This document shows, piece after piece, positions 1 through 10,846 of a stretch of DNA of 64,000 bases (positions within the stretch are counted from its first letter, which is position 1; each line of letters begins with the position of its first letter). The notes under the pieces are model-generated. The model did no database searches, was not told the origin of the DNA, and saw only the letters and a list, made by a program, of their open reading frames with translations. The position numbers and the translations under genes were made by a program. Source of the DNA: Haplodiscus bocki (lineage: Eukaryota); contig OZ296648.1 of the NCBI GenBank assembly GCA_965655095.1, positions 177,320,001-177,384,000 on the forward strand. The letters are read 5' to 3'.

Positions 1-1611
1 AGTTCTCTTACAAATTGTTTTTAGAATGCATTTTCTCGAATTTTGTGTTTGGTGTCTTTCACATTACATGTAACGCCTTAACAACACTTTCAATTTTGAA
101 AAAACTGATTTCTGAACTAGTTGCAATAATAACGTTTCTATTCCTCGCACACCTTCCCCGACCAACTTCGTCGGAATACATGACGAACTGTATAATAATT
201 TTTTAAACTGGGCCTTTCATTTAGCTTGGAACCTCTTTCTGTGGAAGCAGCGCCTTTATCTGAGCGTATCAATTAAGGAAAAACATCTACGAAGAGTGTA
301 GAAGATTTTAAGCCATTTTTAAAATTTTTTTGTGTTATGGGCGGACAGCCTATTGGTGTAACGATCACGGGGTAATAAAATGTAAAAGTCCCGATGTTAA
401 ATTTCTATTTGTCGATTGAAAATCGAAAGCATTATTTTATTCGGTTGCTTCAATTCTGTTGAAGTGTTTTTTTGCACATTTTTTTACCGAGCTTGTTATT
501 TTTACCAGACTTTTTCCACGGTTCTCACCGGTCGCATTTCATATATATGTCTTTATATGGTTTTGCCCAGAAAGAGATGTCAGCTTAGACATCTTTTTGA
601 TCATTAGGTGTGCTTTTTGTAACAAGATGACTGTTGTTCGTAATCCGGTATCAATATCTCTTCCTGAAAGATACAATCAATAATCTATTGTCAGCTTGTT
701 TGCGGTGATCAGGTTTTCGGCCGATAAATGCTCGAACTGCTGTCGTTCCAGGCACACCAGTGTTCTCGACATTTTTTCACCCTTGGTTGTTTCTGGCATC
801 AAGAGATTGGGATCGAGCGGAAGTTCATTGTCCCCAGGGCTTAGGGTCTCCGATAAATGCAATTGGTTGTCAAACTACACTTTTGGTGCATAGCCAAAAT
901 GTATGTAATTGATAGATTCCCACCAATGATTAAACAAATTCATTAGGTTCGTTGCCAGCAGTTGCCTAATGACTTCATAGGCGGTTTAGTAACTTCTCGA
1001 TTGTTTGCCCTCAACCTCAATCTAGCCCTTTGTTGATGTGGTGGCTGGCCATTCTCCAGATGTACCCGGTACGTTATACCTGCTAGTTCTTCAGTGCCCA
1101 GTTCCATGATTAATTTCCAGGGTTTCATCTCAAATTGTACCACTTCTTGTCTCAGGTGCTTCAGTGGGCTTCCTGATCCCCCACTGCCGTTTTACCAATT
1201 CATGTCCCTCTTGCTGAAACTTTGTTTCCAAATTCGACTACCACCGAGCGTCCACCGCTATGTGTTAAGAAACATCAACTGATTTTTGATACATTTAATT
1301 TCTGCAGCTGAATTAGTTTTAATTGCTGAACTGGTAGCTGTCAATTAGAAATTGCGAATGCCACATTCGCCTATCTAGTTCAGCATCTTCTAGTCTCCCG
1401 TGATTGGATGACAGTCATTTGCTCATTCACTGTTTTGTTGATGCGGCGTTTCAGGAGGTTGCGTTACTTCCTGTGGGGTAATCAAATCAACAAGTTTCTT
1501 CGTTCCGGTTCGCGACCTTCAATCATTCAATTTATTTTACGTGTGCTCATGTATTGCATTCGTTAATGATTTTAATGAAATGTCACCTTCCCTGATTTTC
1601 TTTGACGTCAG

Positions 1612-2029
1612 TACACTCATTATTTTTTATAAGAACAATTTTTTAAGAACATGAGGGTCCGAAAAATTTTTTGATTAAGAACACTCAAGAACAATTCAGG
1701 CTCAAATTTATTCAAAAGGTGTTATGAGACAAAATATAGTTCTGGATTTCCAATTCTAATTCCTAATTAAATACAGTTTTTGTTTGTCCGAGGAAATTAG
1801 CAGCGGCACAATTTGGTTAGTTGAATTACAGGTAGCAGCCGCAGAGCTGCACTAACTAATAGCTGCTGTAGAACTCAGTATTTTCATAGGCTGAACGAGA
1901 ATTACGTCATACATGTAGTCTAAGAACACTTTAAGAACAATTGAGCCTCAATTCGCTGTTTTCCTTTTCGTCAAGAACAAATGAGGCTCGATTTCAATAA
2001 GTGTGTTCTTATGAGGGATAATGAGTGTA
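1612..2029. mobile_element. Non-autonomous TIR element (MITE), Tc1/mariner-like
   Basis: Terminal inverted repeats TACACTCATTATttttTATAAGAAC (1612-1636) vs reverse complement of 2005-2029 TACACTCATTATccctCATAAGAAC. The outer TA on each side fits a TA TSD. Internal repeated AAGAACA motifs; no ORF. Confidence 0.7.
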
Positions 2030-2728
2030 ATTCAGACTCTGTGATACTTCCAAACTCGATAGTTTTTTGTATGTTTTTAAATCTACTTCGAATAATTGTA
2101 CATTGTATCTGTCGGTAGCGATGTTGAGTCGCTCCCCGAATGGTTTTTCGCATCTCTTTTAGGCCGATGTGCTTCACGCCCAAATGAAGGAAGAAGAAGT
2201 GCTCACCCAGTCGTTCTTGGTATTCCTCTCTGGATATTTTTCATCAAGCCCGCTAAGTCTAATCCCCGTGTTATTTCTGTTTAGCGATAAACCATCTGCA
2301 CCATAGCTTGGCTCCAATGCTGTCTGTTGGGCGAATTCTTGCTCTGAGATCCGGTCTTCCGATAGAATCGTTGATGTTCACAAACTTGTGTTGTCATCTA
2401 TTGCGCTATTATTTATTTGCGACATATTGTTTTCTGGGTCTTTTCCGTTTCTTCAATTTTTGGACCGAAAGTCCGGAATTTTTTCGAAATACGTTGATTT
2501 TTGAAATAGTTACTGGTATAATTATAACAAAGGGGGTTATCACAAGCAGTAGAAACGCTCGACGTTGTTGGGGAAGGACAGTCGCACAAAAAATGCAACT
2601 ATGTCCGATTTGGACCAGTTTGACGTGAGCTATATCACCTTTTGAAATAAATTCACTAAAATAGTCGGCCTCTTTTGCTAAAAGTATCGGTTAATTTCAT
2701 TTCATTTTGCCTCGTCCTAATATGGTTG

Positions 2729-3431
2729 TGTAGCGGCCCTGTATGAACCAGTACGAACATTTTGCAAGCAAATACTCGACATCCACTTCAGATTTATATT
2801 GTCATCTTTTGTCCCCCAGCCCCATAAACAGGCCTCTTTTAAAACAATCAAGTCTCAGCTTTGTATTCAATTAGCCAAGTAAACCCACACTTGAAGTGGC
2901 AATATATCTTATCATAAACTATCATTTTCACATGTTACATTATATTCCAGTCCTAACTTGTTGATTTTCATACGCATCTAAACTTATAACCAGGCCTCAA
3001 TTTATAAACTTTCATGTTAATCTAAACTTGTAAATTATCTTAAAAACATGAATCCTCCAACATTCTGCTGTTAATTGTAATCCTGTTTAAAACTTGACTA
3101 TTCGTGAATTCGAAACAAGAAAAAGAAGCAAAAACAAAAATCAGCAATCAGACGAACACGGAAGCGAAACGAGAAGAAGCTGCTTGTAAAAGAAGACAAA
3201 AAGAAAGAAAAACTCTGAACAATTGTGATATTCTGCTGATCATCACTAATGTAAGTGATTTGTGTTAAATATTAAAGTTAAATTCAGTCTTAAAGCAGAA
3301 CTAGATTTTTCTCTTAGAACAATCCCAAAGAGTACCTAACACAAACAACCGTCCTCGCATCCGAAGTATTGAAAGAAATGAGAACTCTAAACTCTTGTTG
3401 CCAATTTTCCAATAAAATCACGGTTGTTAAA
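2729..3431 (+). repeat. Element 1 5' LTR
   Basis: TGTAGCGGCCC...CGGTTGTTAAA, matching 14722-15424 with about 7 substitutions seen by eye. Splice-donor-like GTAAGT at 3251-3256; AATAAA at 3411-3416. Confidence 0.97.
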
Positions 3432-3432
3432 T

Positions 3433-3451
3433 TGGTGACAAGGGTGGGATT
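3433..3451 (+). promoter_or_regulatory. Primer binding site of Element 1 (tRNA-Leu/Ser-like)
   Basis: TGGTGACAAGGGTGGGATT lies 1 nt after the LTR. Its reverse complement AATCCCACCCTTGTCA-CCA resembles a tRNA 3' end of the Leu/Ser type. Confidence 0.8.
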
Positions 3452-3830
3452 GTTTTAAGCAATTTAGGTTAAAAATTCTTAACTTAGCATGATCATAGCT
3501 TTCCAAAAACTGCCTTAAGATCTCTTTGCCGGGACTTGTGCCGCGCTAACGCTAGTTTGTGCTCCACTAGCGAAAACCACCGTAGACGGCAGCTAAGGCC
3601 CATAGGTAGGAAAATTGAAATGAGCACGGGCAATTAGGAAATTGGAATTTTGTAAAACGAACTACTCTTCAGTACGGTTAGTTTAGTTCTTCATTAAATG
3701 ATTAACTTGTAGATAACTTCAAATACTAATTTTAGCTTGTTTTCTCTAACTGCCTTCATAAATAACGCAATCCTTCTTTTTGAAAATGACTTGCCTCCAG
3801 AAAAAGTTTTCCGTTTTTAAAATTATCTGA

Positions 3831-4082
3831 ATGTTCTCTAACCATACTAATCAACTACCCCTGTACCTTTTAAACCCAAACAACCCCGTTGACCCCCCAC
3901 CCCGTTATTCACGGAGCGACTCCGGGAGGCTACGCTACGATAGCAGCTCTGTTTTTCTTTGGGCGCTTTTCGCATTCTGTGTACTAGCACTCCTCTTTTT
4001 GATAGTGGTAGGATTAGTCCTCGTGCGCATACAATTAGATCACGTAGTAGCCAGTTGCACAGCCACTTCGCTAACAAATTGA
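3831..4082 (+). CDS. Small leader ORF: 83-aa single-pass membrane peptide with PPxY motif
   Basis: ATG-initiated; PPPRY followed by a ~25-aa hydrophobic stretch (VFLWALFAFCVLALLFLIVVGLVLV); lies between PBS and gag. Confidence 0.45.
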   Translation: MFSNHTNQLPLYLLNPNNPVDPPPRYSRSDSGRLRYDSSSVFLWALFAFCVLALLFLIVVGLVLVRIQLDHVVASCTATSLTN

Positions 4083-4577
4083 AGAATTCCTAACCGCACC
4101 TCAGTGGAGTTCGACTGTTTTTTTCCCAACATTCAATGCATTCTTTCATCTTTAAATCAGAAGCCAAACTCTTAGACCCACAGCATACCCCCACCCAATA
4201 CCCGTGTTTCTTCTGCCAGGTCGAATCGTTCGGACTCTTCAACATTTGGAGAAATACTCTGCCCATGCTTGTCAATTGTCACCTCAATTGTCTCTAATTT
4301 ATTTAACCTTGTTGCAAATCCACGATACCGATCATAGTACCACTATTGTCATCGAAAAGCTTTCCAGTAGGAAACAACTATCGAGAGTGCATCCCAAATC
4401 ACTGTTTTATTTCCGGTTAGCTAGAAAGTGGGTCAAAAACTTGCACCTTATAGAAGTATATTTGACAAATCTGTACCTCAAAAGTGAGAAAACTCAAATT
4501 TGAACTGCAATTTGCGCCAGTCCCTCAAATTCGCACCTTTTTAACAAGTATAAAGATAACGCTGACTACTAATCATA

Positions 4578-5981
4578 ATGACTGAAGTGGAAGAAAATAA
4601 CATCGATGTCAACGAATTTGAAGAAAGAGACGTAGACGCGTCAAGGAGATCTCGAATAACAAATTCAAATGACCCTCACTCAACCCCGGGATTTGCTGCG
4701 CGACACGAAGCAGGTGGATCCGCTTCGGCCGGACCTCATTTTTCGACACTTTTGGGCCATGGAGCAGCTCCAACTGCCCAGATGGGACCTGGTGGTTTCT
4801 TTTTAAACCCCACTAGTACCCTGCCGTCATGCCTGATGCCTGACTCATTTACTGGATCAGGAGACTTTGAAGACTATCTCCAAAAGCTCAACACGGCCGC
4901 GATGCTCTCGGGATGGCACTCTTCCCGACACGACAACCGTCCCCAGTACTTTGCACTTCGATTGAGGGACAATGCACTTCATTTTTACACCACATTGTCA
5001 CCCGAACAACAGAATGATTTTGACCTCCTTGTAGACGCTTTCAGACAAAATTACACAACCAATGTGGACATTTTGAAAGCACGATTAAAAGCTGCGAAGC
5101 AGCAACCAAGTCAAGATATTGCAACCTTCCTCTGTGATATTCGAACATTGGCACGCCGAGCATACTGTGCCCATCCGCATCTGATAGACCAAATCGTCCT
5201 CACCAGTTTCATCGAGGGATTGCAAAGTTCCACTCTCCGATGGGAAGTGAGAAAAACGAAACCATCGACAGCCGATGAAGCCTTGACAATGGCCATTGAA
5301 CTAGACTCTTTCCTTGCTCTGGAGCGCCAGAACAATGCTCCGGCCAGTTCCTTGTTCCCGAGCAGCATCAATTCAATCGCAGCAAATGCTTTGCAGACGG
5401 ACCCTATGGACGAACTCGTGAAAAGCCTTCGAAAAGAAATTGACGAATTGAAGTCATCGATCAACAGGAGACAAAACTCGCCCGAGAGAGGTCGGAATCA
5501 GTATCGCACTAGTGACCCAAATTGGAACAGAAGCGGATCCAATGAACAGACACGTTATCGACAAAATTTCGAAACAAGAAACGACGAACGGAGATCCAAC
5601 AGGTATGACAATAGAAGTAATTCAAGAGACAGATCAGAAAACAGGGCAACCCACCATAATGACCGGAGCACTTCGTATGACAAACAAAATGGTTTCAAAA
5701 CCCGGTCAGTTCGATTCGAAGAGGATCGTGGACGGACACATAACAATCAACACAATCAATCAATGCGCTACAATACACATAGCATGAATGCCGGAAATCA
5801 TCAGCCTATGAATAGCAACCGCAACAAGACATCTTCAAGATATCCACCTCAGAATCAAGAATGTCGACATTGTAAACGAAGAAACCATGCTTCTCATGAG
5901 TGTCAAGCCTGTTTTAATTGCCTCCGCGTTGGACATTTCCGAAGGGACTGTCCTAGGCAACGATCCAACCAGGAAAACTAA
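4578..5981 (+). CDS. gag: Gag (capsid + zinc knuckles)
   Basis: Retrotransposon-gag-like core (LRLRDNALHFY...KQQPSQDIATF...SFIEGL), R/N/D-rich region, and two CX2CX4HX4C knuckles (CRHCKRRNHASHEC, CFNCLRVGHFRRDC). Confidence 0.93.
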   Translation: MTEVEENNIDVNEFEERDVDASRRSRITNSNDPHSTPGFAARHEAGGSASAGPHFSTLLGHGAAPTAQMGPGGFFLNPTSTLPSCLMPDSFTGSGDFEDYLQKLNTAAMLSGWHSSRHDNRPQYFALRLRDNALHFYTTLSPEQQNDFDLLVDAFRQNYTTNVDILKARLKAAKQQPSQDIATFLCDIRTLARRAYCAHPHLIDQIVLTSFIEGLQSSTLRWEVRKTKPSTADEALTMAIELDSFLALERQNNAPASSLFPSSINSIAANALQTDPMDELVKSLRKEIDELKSSINRRQNSPERGRNQYRTSDPNWNRSGSNEQTRYRQNFETRNDERRSNRYDNRSNSRDRSENRATHHNDRSTSYDKQNGFKTRSVRFEEDRGRTHNNQHNQSMRYNTHSMNAGNHQPMNSNRNKTSSRYPPQNQECRHCKRRNHASHECQACFNCLRVGHFRRDCPRQRSNQEN

Positions 5982-6014
5982 AACAGTCTACGCAAAAGGG
6001 TCTTCGCGCAGACT
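5972..6014 (+). promoter_or_regulatory. Putative -1 ribosomal frameshift signal (gag-pol)
   Basis: G GAA AAC (5972-5978) directly precedes the gag TAA. pol is in the -1 frame and open from 5972. An imperfect hairpin AGTCT...AGACT spans 5985-6014. Confidence 0.7.
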
Positions 6015-9000
6015 TGAATAATAGAAAGGGCCCACAACGAACAATTGGTTTAAACTCAGTGGTCGATTCGCGCAGCGTTTTTGTGCAATTGAAAATTTTA
6101 GACAAAATGGTGGAAGCAGTATGCGATTGTGGAGCAAGTGTATCTTGTTTGAGCTCTGAGATTTACAACGAACTTAAGAAAACTTATCAAATAACATTGG
6201 AAGCCTGCACTAGAAGCCTGAGAGCGGCAAATGGACTGCCGATTGAAGTGAAAGGCATGATCAGAGTACCAGTATGTCTGGGGAATAAATTATTCTATCA
6301 TGAGTTTCGAGTTTTGGAAAAATCAGAAGCTGACTGCCTTTTAGGTCTGGATTTCTTAGAACGCCATAAATGCGACCCCCTGTTTTCACGAATGGAGTTA
6401 AGGTGGGACTCAACCCATTCTGCCCCCCTCTATCACAAAAACTTTGAAAATGACCACCATGCTATCTTTCGAGTCGTTGCGACCGAAACCATTAAAGTAC
6501 CAGCAGGCCACGCAACAATTCTTCCAGCACACATCCCAAATTGGAAGAGACCACCTTTCCACCTAAATGCTGTTTTTGAACCTTTGGAGAAATTCAATAT
6601 GAGTGAAGACATCTCAGCTCACAACATACTTTTTGATTTTTCCGACGATACGATCCCTGTCATTTTGACTAACGCATCGGACTCTGAGATCACGATCTAC
6701 AAAAACACAACTCTTGGGTCATCCGAACTTGTATCGGACGAACTCATCAATAATGTTAGCCACCAATTGCCAGCCCCCAGCGCACCTCCGGCTGCAGGAT
6801 CGGTACAAAACCGGCCAGACTCTTCGAGATATGACTTGCGAACAGTGATCACCTCAGTTGATTCAACCATTCACCGACAATACCGTCAACAATTTGCCGC
6901 ACTCGTCAAAGAATTCAAGCACGTTTTTTCGTCCTCAGAATGGGACTTGGGTAAGTGTGACGCTACGAGTCACAAAATTGATGTCTACCCTGACTCCAAA
7001 CCGATCAAAATTCCTAATCGTCGAATGCCATTGCCTTATAAGGAGGATTTGCAGTCAAAACTTGATGTGTTTTTGGAGAAAGATTTGATCGCACCTTGCC
7101 ACAGTCCTTACAGTTCTCCTGCTATGCTAGTGCCAAAGAAGAATGGAAAGTTGCGTCTTGTTATTGATTACTGCCAACTAAACAAGCAGACTGTTAAATC
7201 CAGTTGGCCGATCCCGTCTTTTGAAGAAATCTTCGACACACTGGGCGGAAGCTGTTATTTCTCTACAATTGATATGTCCGCTGGATTTTATCAAGTACCC
7301 ATGGATAGGGACAGCCAAGACTACACAGCATTTAGCACTCCCTTTGGATCGTTCAAGTGGCTGCGAATGCCGATGGGACTAACTGGAAGCCCAAACACTT
7401 TCCAAAGCCTAATGGAACGTGTTCTTACTGGCCTTACCTGGAAAACGTGTGTACCCTATCTCGACGATTGCATCATCTTCTCCACAACCCCAGAGGAACA
7501 CCTTTCACGTTTACGCCAAGTATTTCAACGTTTCCAGCAGGCCAACTTGAAAATCAATCCATCGAAATGCGCTTTCTTTCAAACGAAGGTACAGTTCCTT
7601 GGGCACATTGTCAGTAAGGATGGACGTCAGGTGGACCCCGAGAAAATCAATGCAGTACTTAAGTTTCCTACCCACACCAACCAGACACACGTGAAGTCCT
7701 TCTTGGGCTTAGCCTCCTACTATCGCCGCTATGTCAAAGATTTCGCTGAAATCGCTCGACCTTTACACAAAGCAAGTGAAACTTCTTCCGAGTTTCAATG
7801 GAATGACGCAGCACAAACTTCTTTTGACTCGTTAAAACATGGTTTGACGACCACTCCAATTTTAGCATATCCGTCACTTCAAAAGCCATTTGTGTTATAT
7901 ACAGACGCCAGCCAATTTGCAATGGGCGCTGTTTTGGCTCTGGAACAAGACGGTTTAGAACGAGCAATCTGTTACGCCTCCAAGGCTCTTTCCAAAACCG
8001 AGAGCAAGTATTCAGCAACTCGTCGTGAACTCTTGGCCATTGTAACTTTCACCCGTCACTTCAGACACTATTTACTGGGACGCAAGTTCACCATTGTAAC
8101 GGATCGTCGAGCACTTCAATGGCTCCATAATTTCAAAGACCCGGATGGAATAACCGCCCGTTGGTTAGAAAAATTAGCACCTTTTGATTACGATGTTCGA
8201 CATCGTCCTGGGAAGTCTATTGGACATGCTGATGGACTTTCAAGAATTCCGTCGCCCATACATGCAGTAGCAGAAACCAACAACCCTTCATTCCCGTTTG
8301 AAGAACATCTGGGACCCAATGACTCGCCCACCTATCAGACGCAAGTGAACGACGGTAGTTACTACTCTGACCAACATCACATTGATTCCCCCACGACGAA
8401 TGCAACAACTCAACAGCAAGATGAAGCAATCGGCATCTACCGCGAAGCAGTTGGAAACCTTTTCGATATCCACGAGTCCTTTGGCCACTGTGTGTCCGCT
8501 GACTTCAAAATGTCGGCCGGTATAGCGAGAAAGATTCGCCGTAACTACCCTTGTACTTACCCAACCGGATGGAATCACATCACGAACCCCTTTTGGCCCC
8601 AATGGTTGCCTGAATCCAAACGATACCTCTACCATTTAGTTACAAAACAGAAGTTCTATCAAAAACCAACTTACGGAACACTGCGCGCTTCCTTGGAAAG
8701 AATGCGATCGCACGCCGAACAGCATCACGTTTACAAAATTAGTTTGCCATGTATCGGCTCTGGCCTCGACAAGCTCGAATGGGAGCAAGTACGCCAACTG
8801 ATTCAGGAAGTTTTCCGTACCTCCCCTTTTCATATTACTGTTTTTCTGAAAACTCCAGTAGACCCTAAGGAGAACGACTGTAACTCCGATTTCCATGACA
8901 ACGCCTTGGTACAAGCACAGGAAGCTGACGAAAGCTTACACCAGGTTCGGAAATGGATTCGAAAAAGTCGTGTACCTCGGAGGGATGAACTGCAAGGACT

Positions 9001-10771
9001 CCCTCGTTTAGGATGGCAAATGTTCAACCAATTAGCTAGTCTCCACATCAAAAACAACGTGCTTTGTCGAAAGTTTGAACCACTTGACGGTAATTTGCCC
9101 TTCTTACAAAAGATTATTCCGCGATCCATGGTACCAGAAATTTTGACGGCTTTACACAGTTCTAAAACCGCTGGTCATTTGGGAACGCACAAAGTCATTG
9201 AAAAAGTGCGTCAACGTTTCTGCTGGCCCGGATTTAAAGAAGATGTCAAGCAATTCATCCAATGTTGTGACGTTTGTCAAAAGAAGTCTGGACCCCCAAA
9301 GACCCACCGCCATTCTTTAGTTGACTGGAAGATCAGCTACCCCTTCCATCACATTGGTCTCGACTTTCTTGGCCCACTTCCCCTTTCTAATGGCAACCGC
9401 TTTATTCTTGTGATTGGCGACCATTTCACCAAATGGTACGAGGCGATACCCCTGCCAGACCAGCAAGCTTCCACTACTGCCGATGCGCTAATTGAACACT
9501 GGATTTGCCGTTTTGGATGCCTTAACAGCATTCACACGGACCAAGGCCGTAATTTCAAATCAGCCTTGTTTCAGCGTCTGATGACTTTGCTCGAAATCAA
9601 TAAGACACGGACAACTTCTTTCCACCCACAGTCAAACTCAGTCATTGAGCGCATGAACCGCACATTACTGAATATGCTCACCAAAAGTATCGACAAACAA
9701 CAAGCTAACTGGTCTTATTTCCTTCCCTTCGTTCTAATGGCATATCGGTCCTCCGTCCACGAATCAACCGGTTTCACTCCCAACCGTCTGGTCCTTGGAC
9801 ATGAGGTTTTGCTTCCTCTTGACTTGATGTATCCGCCTCCCGGAAGCCACGTCCCAACTAACATCAATGAATATGTGATGACCCAACAACAGAAATTTCA
9901 CCAAGTTTTCGAACTAGTTCGGTGAAATATTACAGCTCAACAACGCCGTCGCAACGCTCTTTACAACAGGAAAGTCCACGGCCCCACATACAGAGCGGAT
10001 GATTTTGTCCTTCTCCATTACGACGTCACTGTCACTGGCCAAAGTCCAAAACTATCCAGCCCCTGGCGCGGCCCTTACCGCATTTTGAAGTGCATTAATG
10101 ACGTTAACTACAAAACTGAGGAACTCTCAACTGGCAAACAGCTAATTGTTCACTATGACCGCCTAAAACGATACCATGGCAGTCCGCCTCCCTCAACGAC
10201 AAAACCGGCCCGACCTTCACCTCCTGGACCTGCTCAGCAGACGACATCGCAGCCCTCCTCGGAGACCGTCAACCACGATGACTGCGTTGTCTCGTATTTA
10301 CCTCCTCCTACTCTCTTTGCTCCCTCGCCGTGGTTCAGCCACCCGCTTCCGACCCCTACAGACAACACCCCTTCCCGAAATGTCACCGTTGCTTCCCATG
10401 TCTCGCCACCTATTTCACCGAGTATTACTGCCTCCACACTTCCCTACGCTTTAATGCCTAGCTCCTTGCCATCCCAAGCCTCAATTCCTTCCCGTAATGC
10501 GACTTCTTCCAATCAACCCAGGACAATCCCGTTTACCAACTCCCCGCCTACGAGACCCCCGTCTTCCCCGGTGGCGAATATTGTTCGTCGCGCTGCTCGC
10601 GAGCTACACAGCCGCAGTCCCTGCAACAAACGTACCCTCCGACCTAGCACGGCGACTCAACGAAAAGCACAGCCTCTTTTCCGCTCTCGCTTACCCCGCG
10701 ATCTGACGGATTTCCTTTCTCCTAGGAGGCAGAAAAAAGCGCAGCCTTCTGCTCTGTCTAACCAGCACTAA
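6014..10771 (+). pseudogene. pol: Pol: protease - RT - RNase H - macrodomain - integrase (GPY/F) - P/S/T-rich tail; one in-frame stop at 9923-9925
   Basis: PR VCDCGAS; RT YLDD; RNase H YTDASQ...RELLA; integrase H-H-C-C, IGLDFLGP/IHTDQG/SVIERMN; in-frame continuation PWRGPY after the TGA into ORF 10085-10771. Confidence 0.95.
8435..8848 (+). other. TARG1/OARD1 (Poa1p-like) macrodomain inside Element 1 Pol, between RNase H and integrase
   Basis: GNLF...GHCVSADFKMSAGIA...YLYHLVTKQKFYQKPTY...ISLPCIGSGLDKLEWEQV...VF parallels the TARG1 motifs AHCISEDCRMGAGIA / YIYYLITK..KPTY / MPRIGCGLDRLQW (recalled, not searched). Confidence 0.9.
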
Positions 10772-10846
10772 CACTCTGTCACAGCCAATGAACCAATGCC
10801 GAATGATTGTATGGTCTTCTCTTTATTTAGGAGACACACCAGCTAT

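Noticed and set aside
650-1150. Possible old retroelement pol remnant on the minus strand (ELAGITYRVHLENGQPPHQQR)
   Set aside because: Only a vague resemblance to a pre-RT linker; no catalytic motif recoverable.
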